Assembly: GCA_020631905.1 (NCBI GenBank)
Contig: JACKGQ010000001.1
Coordinates: forward strand, 101,854 to 165,853
Origin: Candidatus Nomurabacteria bacterium
GTDB lineage: Bacteria > Patescibacteriota > Saccharimonadia > Saccharimonadales > VXPC01
Direction of reading: 5' to 3'
DNA length: 64,000 nucleotides
The notes under the pieces were generated by a model. It saw nothing but the letters and a program-made list of their open reading frames with translations, did not search any database and was not told the DNA's origin. Position 1 is the first letter of the stretch. Every line of letters begins with the position of its first letter. Of the stretch, positions 8,880 through 16,511 are shown piece after piece. The position numbers and the translations under genes were made by a program.

Positions 8880-10250
8880 CTACTGTTGACCAGCGAGATA
8901 ATAGCCGTATACGTCAACAATGAGATCGGTTTTAAACGCACTATCAGACGGAGGTAAAGTTATTCTAGAGGTTTTTTGAGCACTATATCTGTCCGCTTTC
9001 ATTATTATTGATGCAGCAACATTCTGGTTGACTTCGTAATTTATACTTGAGGTCTCTCCGAGTCCTGGACTGAATTCAGCCCAGCCCTTTTTGTTTGGAT
9101 TTACAATTGCCACATTAGCGCTAAGCGATAATAAATAGTCGTTTGGGATATCGCCAATTCCTCCAACATTAAAGTCTGCCTGAGCACGTTTTAAGAAGCC
9201 TGCGTACCCTAGACTACCACCCAATCCAAAGCCTTTACGGGTGTCCACTATTCTTATCGGGTCTATGGGAATAAACCTACCGGAATTACTAAAATTAACG
9301 TCCCCACCAGAATAATTAAATTTTGCAAAGTAGCCTTTCGCATCAAAGATAACATCAACTGTTCCACTAGACCCGTTATATATGGTTATCTCTTTATTTG
9401 CACCTAGTCCCACTATAGTTGAGTTTGCAACATTTTTTGAGGGGTAGAAGTTTATAATTGAGGCAAGTGGCTGTTCTTCATCTGAAGGATATATAGTTAG
9501 GTACCCTATAGCCGAAGGATTAACGGCAGTTAAAGTGCCGTATACAGCCGCCGCCGAGTCGTACCCGTTCATCGAAGTTAGAGGAACTTTTATCGAACTA
9601 TGCGCATTAATCCTTGCCTTAGGTGCTCCGGTGCCTGTTCTTGTGTCTAATACTCGAGTGTAGCTGTTACTTTGATTGAGCCTCATGCCATCTGGTCCGT
9701 TAACAGATGAATAATAGCCCATGATATCTGAAATTAAGTGTATGGTACTTGAGCTTCCGTTGTATATTGTTATTTCCCCGTTTGATCCAAGCTTTAAAGT
9801 AGCTGTATTAGCCCGGTTCTCATTGCTAACAAAGTTTATGATTGAAACTTCAGGTCGCGCCGAACCGGCAGGATATGCCGTCAGATAGCCTTTTGCCTTT
9901 GGAGACACAACTGTAAAATTAAAGAATCCAGCGCTAACTTGGTTGCTGGATGGTATTACTCCCCTGTCAGTAACCTTTAGTGAAATCTCCCCATACGCAG
10001 GGATGGCACCATTTGTACCCCCTGTACCATCTCGCGTATCAAGTAATCGGTAAGGAGAGACTGGGTTAAATTCACCAGCATTACCGTCAGTTTGACCAGT
10101 CTGGGCGAGCGCATCTTGCACGTGCTGTTGACCCCATACGTAATACCCTGCGCTCCCTACTACCAGTAATGCGACCAGGCTCATTATGAGTAGGTGATGA
10201 GCAAATCCATATACGGATTTCGACAAATACTTCATACAAATTATCCTCAT
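8880..10250 (-). CDS. Secreted protein with three tandem ~115-aa repeats (LDTRxGxG ... GYLT.YP ... S.INF ... GY)
   Basis: 456 aa with an N-terminal anchor or signal. Repeat anchors are YRLLDTRDGTGG/GYLTAYPAGSARPEVSIINF, TRVLDTRTGTGAP/GYLTIYPSDEEQPLASIINF and IRIVDTRKGFGLGG/GWAEFSPGLGETSSINY. Confidence 0.6.
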   Translation of the reverse strand: MRIICMKYLSKSVYGFAHHLLIMSLVALLVVGSAGYYVWGQQHVQDALAQTGQTDGNAGEFNPVSPYRLLDTRDGTGGTNGAIPAYGEISLKVTDRGVIPSSNQVSAGFFNFTVVSPKAKGYLTAYPAGSARPEVSIINFVSNENRANTATLKLGSNGEITIYNGSSSTIHLISDIMGYYSSVNGPDGMRLNQSNSYTRVLDTRTGTGAPKARINAHSSIKVPLTSMNGYDSAAAVYGTLTAVNPSAIGYLTIYPSDEEQPLASIINFYPSKNVANSTIVGLGANKEITIYNGSSGTVDVIFDAKGYFAKFNYSGGDVNFSNSGRFIPIDPIRIVDTRKGFGLGGSLGYAGFLKRAQADFNVGGIGDIPNDYLLSLSANVAIVNPNKKGWAEFSPGLGETSSINYEVNQNVAASIIMKADRYSAQKTSRITLPPSDSAFKTDLIVDVYGYYLAGQQ

Positions 10251-10380
10251 TTTTTATAGCTTGAGTTTATCATGGTTAAGCATATGCACAAATAAAGAAA
10301 CCTTAAGACTCAAGATCTCTACCGATATAAGCTCTTAATTGTGCAAGTCTAGGAGATATACAGTTTTGACCACCCCCTCC

Positions 10381-10409
10381 AAATAAATAATCCCCGCTAT
10401 GGGGGATTA
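10381..10409 (-). terminator. Rho-independent terminator downstream of tRNA(CAT)
   Basis: A hairpin (aatcccc...gggggatt) is followed on the minus strand by TTATTTATTT. Confidence 0.55.
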
Positions 10410-10413
10410 TTTT

Positions 10414-10489
10414 TGGTGGGGGTGGTAGGACTTGAACCTACGACCAAAGGATTATGAGTCCTCTGCTCTAACCACTGAGCTACACCCCC
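10414..10489 (-). tRNA. tRNA with anticodon CAT, elongator type (Met, or Ile2 if lysidinylated)
   Basis: I folded the 76-nt cloverleaf by hand. Acceptor GGGGGTG/CACCCCC, D arm GCTC-AGTGGTTA-GAGC, anticodon loop CTCATAA, T arm GTAGG-TTCAAGT-CCTAC, encoded CCA. Position 1:72 is paired, so it is not an initiator. Confidence 0.85.
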
Positions 10490-10757
10490 GCGTCATGAAT
10501 TCACTTGCTACGTTATCTGAAAAACGGGGTTTTTAAGATAACACCACTTGGTGATTCATTCCTTCTTCCCACGAAACAAGTTTCGCGGGAGCCCTAATAA
10601 ATGTACATATGCAGCGTATCATCGCTGCTCCATTCAAATCCTTAAACAGAAAAAAGTTTTCTTGGTTTAATAATCTGGGCCAGATGAAACGTCTTACTTT
10701 GTGATGAACTAGGCGATTATAGCAGATTACCCGAGCTGCTACTACTGTTGTATAATC

Positions 10758-11192
10758 ATGGGCGTGGAAAGACTAAGAAACATCTCTAGATTTGTAACTG
10801 ATCGCAGTAATCTAACTTTACTATTTTTTATTGTTATATCTCTGGCCATTACTTGGGCTACCGTTAATCAAATTGAGTATAACTACCGGCTCGAACAACG
10901 TTCAAGAACCCTAGAGGCAGAGATTGGTGTGCTGCAGCAACAACAAACAAATCAAGAGCTGCGTAATCAATTTTATGAAACCGACTATTATTTGGATTTA
11001 GCGGCTCGCAAGCAATTAGGCTTAGTCAAGCCAGGTGAAAAAGTCGCATTAATCAACCAGTCCGACATCGACGCAGTGCTTAACGAATCGAAACAATCAA
11101 TCGATCAACCACAATCATCTGTAGTAAAACAAGAATCCGCTTCAAACTTAGAGCAGTGGGCTCGTTTTTTTAGCGGCCAAGAACCACTTTAA
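10758..11192 (+). CDS. Septum formation initiator (FtsB/DivIC family)
   Basis: A single TM helix is followed by a coiled coil (LEAEIGVLQQQQTNQELRNQ) and then YLDLAARKQLGLVKPGEKV, typical of DivIC/FtsB. The true start may be GTG 10764, 7 nt after TATAAT 10751-10756. Confidence 0.75.
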   Translation: MGVERLRNISRFVTDRSNLTLLFFIVISLAITWATVNQIEYNYRLEQRSRTLEAEIGVLQQQQTNQELRNQFYETDYYLDLAARKQLGLVKPGEKVALINQSDIDAVLNESKQSIDQPQSSVVKQESASNLEQWARFFSGQEPL

Positions 11193-11211
11193 ATTATCGC
11201 TTGAAAAGAAA

Positions 11212-11790
11212 TCAAAGCCAGCCAACTTTTTTGAGTAACAATTTACTTGGCGCTTGCCTCTGGTATGAATAATTGGGAAATATTCTCTTTAGAGTTGGAT
11301 TTGTCATGAACTGGTAGTCTACGAGCGACTCCTTATCCCAGTGTTCGAGGTTGAATCCATCGATTATCGGTGCCTGGATTACGAGATGGATTAATTCGTG
11401 AACTAATGTCAAGAATGGATCGCGTTTGTCGGTTGCCATATTTAGTATGATTCGATTTGGTGGCCAATATGAGCCACCTACACCGTATTTGGTGAGAAAA
11501 ATATCTATTGCTGGCGGTACCGGCAACCCAAAACTCATGAGGTATTGACTAATATCAGTCTCACACTCTTGCCATTCGTTCAGGATCTTTGCTTGAAGCT
11601 TTTTCGTTTTCTCAAGCTCTAGTTCTAGCTCAATTTGACTAGTCATCATTTCGGCATCTTTTGCCTCTAAGTCAAAGCCACTCGGGAGCCTAGGCTTGTA
11701 GTTATTTTGCTTGAAAAAGTCTCGTTTTCCTAATGTATACCTAACTCGGTTAAGCTCTGTTTCGACAGAATAATGGAAGCCAAACTTCAT
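11212..11790 (-). CDS. Hypothetical protein with HExxH motif (possible metallopeptidase-like)
   Basis: 192-aa ORF. The only recognisable element is LTLVHELIHLV. Confidence 0.45.
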   Translation of the reverse strand: MKFGFHYSVETELNRVRYTLGKRDFFKQNNYKPRLPSGFDLEAKDAEMMTSQIELELELEKTKKLQAKILNEWQECETDISQYLMSFGLPVPPAIDIFLTKYGVGGSYWPPNRIILNMATDKRDPFLTLVHELIHLVIQAPIIDGFNLEHWDKESLVDYQFMTNPTLKRIFPNYSYQRQAPSKLLLKKVGWL

Positions 11791-11811
11791 AAAAGTAAGT
11801 ATACATTACCC

Positions 11812-11829
11812 GCTTCAGCCAAGCTTCAG
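11812..11829 (+). promoter_or_regulatory. Direct repeat GCTTCAG-N4-GCTTCAG (11-bp period), candidate OmpR-family response-regulator site
   Basis: GCTTCAG occurs at 11812-11818 and 11823-11829, upstream of the LTXXQ / response regulator / kinase gene string. Confidence 0.3.
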
Positions 11830-11957
11830 GTTTAGCGTGTAGTCTTATTTTAGCTGCAGGGTAGCAGCCAACCAGAAACTTGTTCGCTTGGTTTCAAGAA
11901 TTATCCAAGTCTATGAGCATGCCACAGGTTGAAAAGCACTTAACAAGAAAGGTACAC

Positions 11958-12431
11958 ATGAAAAAACCAGTTGCCGGTGGAATAGCCCTAGCAACAATTG
12001 GTCTTAGCCTACTAAGTTTCGGCGCGGCTTACGCTCACCAGGCCAATGTAGGTAATAATCTCGCATCCAAGTTTGCCGAAAGGTTTAACTTAGACGAGAC
12101 CGAAGTTCAGCAATTTCTTGATGAGCAACACGCTACAAACGAGGCCGATAGAGAACAAGCCATGAGCGATCACCTTCAAAGCCTTGTTGATGATGGCACA
12201 CTCACTACCGAGCAAAAAACTGCCCTCGAAACCAAACTCGAAGCAATCCGCAACGAGCGCGAGACACTTCGAAATCAAGACTTAACACCGCAGCAAAGGC
12301 ATGACAAAATGCAGTCTGCTCGCGAAGATCTTGAGGCTTGGGCAAATGAGCAAGGTATTGATCTTGATGTAATTCACCCTCAAGACGAGCAAGGAATGCC
12401 AGGACACCACGGTTTTAGGCACATGGACTAA
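11958..12431 (+). CDS. Secreted LTXXQ-motif protein (CpxP/Spy-like envelope stress chaperone family)
   Basis: It starts at MKKPVAGGIALATIGLSLLSFGAAYA (signal peptide, AGAAAGG upstream). It is helical and charged with LTTEQ and LTPQQ motifs and a His-rich C-terminus. It sits immediately upstream of a two-component system. Confidence 0.55.
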   Translation: MKKPVAGGIALATIGLSLLSFGAAYAHQANVGNNLASKFAERFNLDETEVQQFLDEQHATNEADREQAMSDHLQSLVDDGTLTTEQKTALETKLEAIRNERETLRNQDLTPQQRHDKMQSAREDLEAWANEQGIDLDVIHPQDEQGMPGHHGFRHMD

Positions 12432-12521
12432 CCATTAGACAACAGCTCTCCTACTCGCATGAAACCCGGCCCCCCAGCCGGGTTTCAGCTTAGTTTAAGC
12501 CAGCTGGTTTATAATATTTGT

Positions 12522-13199
12522 GTGAGACTACTAATAGCCGAAGACGATATCAAGATTGCTCGCAGCCTTAAACGAGGCTTGCAAGAAGAGGGTTTTGCGG
12601 TTGATGTAGTTCACGATGGAGATGCAGCGATAATCGAAGCGTCGAACGAACCATACGATGCAATTGTCCTCGACTGGATGATGCCCGAAAAAGACGGCCC
12701 GACCGTTATCCGGGAGCTACGAGACCAGTCGATCACAACTCCAATTATCATGCTAACTGCCCGCGACTCTACGAAAGATAGAGTTAGTGGCCTCAACACA
12801 GGCGCCGACGATTACTTAATAAAGCCATTTTCTTTCGAAGAGTTACTAGCTCGCATACGTGCCCTGCTGCGCCGTCCGAGCCAGAGTTTAAATCAAGAAT
12901 TAAAGTATGGCGATATTACTCTCGAACCAGATAAGTTTGCAGTCCACCGCGCTGGCCAACTGGTCGAGTTATCTCGACGTGAGTTCTCGTTGCTCGAAGT
13001 ATTTATGAGAAATCCCGAAATATTACTTTCCAAAGACCAAATAATTTCGAAAGTCTGGCCATTCGACGCCGATGTGTTGCCGAACACTGTAGAGGTACAC
13101 ATTAAATCGCTACGCCAAAAACTCGATAAACCTTTCGGTAAAGATAGTATCAAGACAGTCCGTGGTTTTGGCTATAAATTAGAGATCGATAATGTTTAG
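12522..13199 (+). CDS. OmpR/PhoB-family response regulator
   Basis: Receiver domain (VRLLIAEDD...DAIVLDWMMPEKDG...LTARD...KPF) plus winged-helix domain (LTLEP...REFSLLEVFM...VRGFGYKL). GTG 12522 is preferred because it matches the conserved N-terminus. TATAAT lies at 12510-12515. Confidence 0.9.
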   Translation: MRLLIAEDDIKIARSLKRGLQEEGFAVDVVHDGDAAIIEASNEPYDAIVLDWMMPEKDGPTVIRELRDQSITTPIIMLTARDSTKDRVSGLNTGADDYLIKPFSFEELLARIRALLRRPSQSLNQELKYGDITLEPDKFAVHRAGQLVELSRREFSLLEVFMRNPEILLSKDQIISKVWPFDADVLPNTVEVHIKSLRQKLDKPFGKDSIKTVRGFGYKLEIDNV

Positions 13200-14187
13200 A
13201 TCGGCTGTCTTAAAATTAACTTTGTTCTACTTTTCGATTCTGCTTGCAGTGGTTCTGTTCCTTAGCTTCAACTGGTATCGGGTTGCTATCCGCGAGATCG
13301 ATCGAGTCGACAGCGCCTTGCAGGGTAACGAGATTGTTTTAAGACGCCGAGGCAATATATTTTCGGACGACCTAGAAGAGGTGGTAACTACAAGACAGCA
13401 AGCTATCGAGATAAGTAAGCACGAAATTAAAACCGAGATACTTACCATAAATGCGTTTCTGCTAAGTGCCGGGGGTCTAGGCGCATATTTGCTTGCTTGG
13501 AGAACTTTAGAGCCTATCGAAAATAGCCATAAGGCTCTAGAAAGATTCACGAGTGATGCTAGTCACGAACTCCGCACACCGCTAACTGCGATGCAAATCG
13601 AAATCGAGACTACTTTGCGTAGCAAGCACTCAGATAAAGCGGAGTTAGCCGAACTTGTCGCGAGCAACCTAGAAGAAGTCAAACATATGACTAGTTTAGT
13701 CGAGAACTTACTGCTTCTCACGCGCAATCAGGCTTTGATTTTAGAAGATAGTCGTACCGACAACTTGGCAAATAAAGCCCTACAAGACACAAAATCTGCG
13801 CGGCAAGCAAAAAAAATTAGCGTAACAAAAGCTATTGATAGCGCCAGAGTTCATGTCAACTCTCCGAGCGTGATTCAGATCTTAACAATCTTACTCGATA
13901 ACGCGATTAAGTACTCCCCCGAAGGCAGTAAAATCGAATTGGCTGGTAAAGCCAAAGGTAGAAATTATACATTTACAGTCACCGACCAAGGTTCGGGAAT
14001 TGCCAAAGCCGAGCAGTCAAAGATTTTTGAGAGATTCTTCCGTGCCGAAAGCTCCCGAACCAGCTATGGTTTTGGCCTAGGGCTGAGCATTGCTCAGAAA
14101 CTCGCCGAACAGAACCATGGCGAGCTCAAACTAACTAAAACCGGTCCAGCAGGAACAAGCTTCTGCTTGCAGATTCCTCTTGCCTAG
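13192..14187 (+). CDS. Sensor histidine kinase (HisKA + HATPase_c)
   Basis: Two TM segments, the H-box FTSDASHELRTPLT, the N-box LLDNAIKYSP, and the G-boxes DQGSGI and GFGLGLSIA. It overlaps the regulator by 8 nt. Confidence 0.9.
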   Translation: MFRSAVLKLTLFYFSILLAVVLFLSFNWYRVAIREIDRVDSALQGNEIVLRRRGNIFSDDLEEVVTTRQQAIEISKHEIKTEILTINAFLLSAGGLGAYLLAWRTLEPIENSHKALERFTSDASHELRTPLTAMQIEIETTLRSKHSDKAELAELVASNLEEVKHMTSLVENLLLLTRNQALILEDSRTDNLANKALQDTKSARQAKKISVTKAIDSARVHVNSPSVIQILTILLDNAIKYSPEGSKIELAGKAKGRNYTFTVTDQGSGIAKAEQSKIFERFFRAESSRTSYGFGLGLSIAQKLAEQNHGELKLTKTGPAGTSFCLQIPLA

Positions 14188-14189
14188 AC

Positions 14190-14218
14190 TTGACTTTAAC
14201 TCCTTACAGGGGTAGAAT
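14190..14218 (+). promoter_or_regulatory. Sigma-70-type promoter for tRNA-fMet
   Basis: TTGACT (14190-14195), a 17-nt spacer, then TAGAAT (14213-14218), about 40 nt upstream of the tRNA 5' end. Confidence 0.6.
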
Positions 14219-14257
14219 ATCTCGGTTGTTTTACGAGTTTAGTTAAAAACTCGATGC

Positions 14258-14332
14258 CGCGGGATGGAGCAGCGGCAGCTCGCGTGGCTCATAACCACGA
14301 GGTCGCAGGTTCGAGTCCTGCTCCCGCAACCA
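14258..14332 (+). tRNA. Initiator tRNA-Met (CAT)
   Basis: 75-nt cloverleaf. Acceptor CGCGGGA/TCCCGCA has a C1xA72 mismatch, the bacterial initiator hallmark. Anticodon loop CTCATAA, T arm GCAGG-TTCGAGT-CCTGC, encoded CCA. Confidence 0.85.
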
Positions 14333-14340
14333 AAGATAAG

Positions 14341-14365
14341 ACCCCACAAAAGTGGGGTTTTGTCT
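14341..14365 (+). terminator. Rho-independent terminator after tRNA-fMet
   Basis: ACCCCAC-AAAA-GTGGGGT followed by TTTTG. Confidence 0.7.
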
Positions 14366-14528
14366 TTGGTTTTGAGTCGCAGACTCGAACCTGTGACCCT
14401 GGCAGCTTTAGCTGACAGTAGGTCGCACGGTTCCGCAAGGAGTCCGCTTCAAGCGGACGACGGAATAGCCGACAGCTTGCAAGCTTTGCTTGTCGGCGTC
14501 TGACTGCTCCCATCGCTAGCGCGATATT

Positions 14529-14541
14529 CCTGCTCCCGCAT
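14529..14541 (+). repeat. 13-nt direct copy of the tRNA-fMet 3' end (TCCTGCTCCCGCA)
   Basis: It is identical to 14316-14328 (T-stem 3' strand plus acceptor 3' strand), 213 bp downstream. Confidence 0.8.
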
Positions 14542-14660
14542 CCGTCTACTGAGTCTGATATACTTGACCTATGACCCTAGAATAACTACTTAAATTCATC
14601 AGTGACGAAGATAAGCGGCTAAGGGACAAGTACCAGGGTGCAAGTAGCGACGACGAGTGG

Positions 14661-14903
14661 ATGATGGCTCACGTAATCAAACTTGTAGAAGAGCATGGAG
14701 AGTTAGCAGAGCAGATCTTAGCAGCAAGATCCCTCCAGAGAAAAGAAAAGGGTACGTTCGATAAACAAAACCTAGCGCACGAGATTGCCGATGTTCTGAT
14801 AACCTGCATGTTAGTAGCAAGAGACTTAGATGTAGATATCAAGCAATCTCTCGTTTCAAAGATCAAGATATTAGAAGATCGTCACAAAGTTAAACCACAA
14901 TAA
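14661..14903 (+). CDS. Small MazG-like nucleotide pyrophosphohydrolase domain protein
   Basis: 80 aa. VIKLVEEHGELAEQIL...LAHEIADVLITCMLVARDLDVDI fits the all-alpha MazG/NTP-PPase E..E...E..D pattern. Confidence 0.55.
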   Translation: MMAHVIKLVEEHGELAEQILAARSLQRKEKGTFDKQNLAHEIADVLITCMLVARDLDVDIKQSLVSKIKILEDRHKVKPQ

Positions 14904-14938
14904 AAACGTCGTGTGACTAGCTTGCTATAATACAAACG

Positions 14939-15493
14939 ATGAAGAATCATGATAAGTTTCTGGATTTCTGCAAGCGAACAATCAAAGACTACGATGCTAA
15001 CAAGCTCGACCTACTAACAGCAGCCGCAAAGATCCGTGACTATGGCTACGATGACTTTGAGTATTCACTTCCCGGAGATTCCCACCCAATGCTGTTTAAG
15101 ATTGGTGATTTAGCTTTTGATATTGCAGAGGCTTACCGCTCAGCAGACGAAGACCAGACCGATTGGAGTACGCTTTGTCGAACAGTTGAAGATTTTGAAC
15201 TCGGCAACTGGGAGAGTACATGCTGGCAGCTAAGCATCATCTATGGGGCATCGAAACACTCATACTCTGTGGTTATCGATAGGCAAAATGGCAGAACGCA
15301 AGTTAATACTACCTTGCCAGGTGCTAAAACTGCTCTAAAGCCTATCATCGCGCAAATCCGTATAGCGCAAACTGATCAAAGATATTTGCAAAACCTTGCC
15401 AGGCTTATGCCTAAAACTATCGGGGAATTCGAGCTCAGGGATGCTTCTGTCCGAGAGTATTTAGTCGAGCCCTACTACTCAACAGCAATATAA
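14939..15493 (+). CDS. Hypothetical protein
   Basis: 184-aa ORF with no motif I recognise. TGCTATAAT ends 7 nt before the ATG. Confidence 0.5.
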   Translation: MKNHDKFLDFCKRTIKDYDANKLDLLTAAAKIRDYGYDDFEYSLPGDSHPMLFKIGDLAFDIAEAYRSADEDQTDWSTLCRTVEDFELGNWESTCWQLSIIYGASKHSYSVVIDRQNGRTQVNTTLPGAKTALKPIIAQIRIAQTDQRYLQNLARLMPKTIGEFELRDASVREYLVEPYYSTAI

Positions 15494-15536
15494 CCAAGTC
15501 ATAGACAGAGGCTAGTAGCTGGCTAGTCTTTTTTGG

Positions 15537-16484
15537 CTACTCTAGGCTATTCCTTAATATCTCGATGGCTTGCTCGCAACTATGGATGTTGGCAATCTGC
15601 GCGCGCAGTTCGCTAGCGCCATCAAAACCACTCAAATAAACCTTCATAAACTTCTTTACCGGGTCGAACTTACGTTCACCATTTGGGTAGTTTGAGCGGT
15701 AAAGTTCGAGATGTTTGATATATAGCGCAATCTTATCGGCTGAGGTTTTACTGGCCCATATGTCTTCGGCGTTTTCGGCAAAGAAATATGGGTTAGTAAA
15801 TATGCCTCGACCAATCATGATGCCATCGAGGCCATAACGAGCTTGCAGCTCGAGAGCCTCGGCTCGGCCGCTAACGTCGCCATTGCCGATGATTTTGGTT
15901 TGCGGAGCGACTGCATCACGTAGCTTTCGGATATGCTCGATCTCGTCCCAGCGAACAGGCACCTTACTCATTTCTTTACGAGTTCGACCGTGGATGGTTA
16001 ACATATCGACGCCTAATTTCAGTAAAAACTCGTGCCAACCAAAATCGGTTTCGTTAAAGCCAAGCCGAGTTTTAACACTTACCGGAATGTTACTGCCACT
16101 ATCTTTAACTCCATGCTTGGTGGCAGCCAGAATTTGGGCGAAGTTCTCTCGGTTCTCTTGTTTAATAAAGGCCGAGCAGCAACCATTTTTGACAATGGTT
16201 TTGTCGGGGCAGCCAGTGTTGATATCAATCCCGGCAAAGCCTAGCTCGGCTAGCTCTTTGGCGGTCTGGTAATAGTTATCGGGGTTTTTGCCCCAGATTT
16301 GGGCGACTACGGGCACGCCAGTGTCTTCGAGTTTTAGGAAATGTTCGAGACGTGGCCGACCGGCACTTTGTAAGCCCTCGACATTTACAAACTCGGTAAA
16401 AAACATATCCGGCGGTGCGCAAGCTGCCACCACCTGGCGAAAGGTAGTGTCGGTGACATCATACATCGGTGCTAAAATTAGCAT
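15537..16484 (-). CDS. tRNA-dihydrouridine synthase (Dus family)
   Basis: LAPMYDVTDTTFRQ, GIDINTGCPDKTIVKNGCCSAF (catalytic Cys region) and HGRTR are typical of the Dus TIM barrel. Confidence 0.85.
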   Translation of the reverse strand: MLILAPMYDVTDTTFRQVVAACAPPDMFFTEFVNVEGLQSAGRPRLEHFLKLEDTGVPVVAQIWGKNPDNYYQTAKELAELGFAGIDINTGCPDKTIVKNGCCSAFIKQENRENFAQILAATKHGVKDSGSNIPVSVKTRLGFNETDFGWHEFLLKLGVDMLTIHGRTRKEMSKVPVRWDEIEHIRKLRDAVAPQTKIIGNGDVSGRAEALELQARYGLDGIMIGRGIFTNPYFFAENAEDIWASKTSADKIALYIKHLELYRSNYPNGERKFDPVKKFMKVYLSGFDGASELRAQIANIHSCEQAIEILRNSLE

Positions 16485-16511
16485 AACAGAGGTAGATTAT
16501 AGCAGATAAGG

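Noticed and set aside
10492-10757. SRP (4.5S) RNA or 6S RNA upstream of tRNA(CAT)
   Set aside because: Neither strand has a GGAA/GNAR tetraloop flanked by the conserved AGCA/GGAAGCAGC-type helix-8 motif. The length and hairpins alone are not diagnostic. It is kept only as a low-interest finding.
14204-14218. Recurring ACAGGGGT motif (14207-14214, 49961-49968, 51087-51094, 60011-60018 and the reverse strand near 45569-45576) as a possible regulator site
   Set aside because: In at least two cases it is simply the spacer between a good -35 and -10 (TTGACT-17-TAGAAT for tRNA-fMet; TTGACG...TATAAT for DoxX). An 8-mer is expected to recur by chance in 64 kb. Only the paired occurrence with ACAGGTCACG was kept.
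14264-14513. Track ORFs 14264-14503 (+) and 14289-14513 (-)
   Set aside because: They overlap the initiator tRNA and its terminator and are mutually antisense. The region is better explained as tRNA plus a non-coding insert.
15883-16509. Three + strand ORFs inside the Dus gene region
   Set aside because: They are antisense to a well-supported Dus-family CDS.
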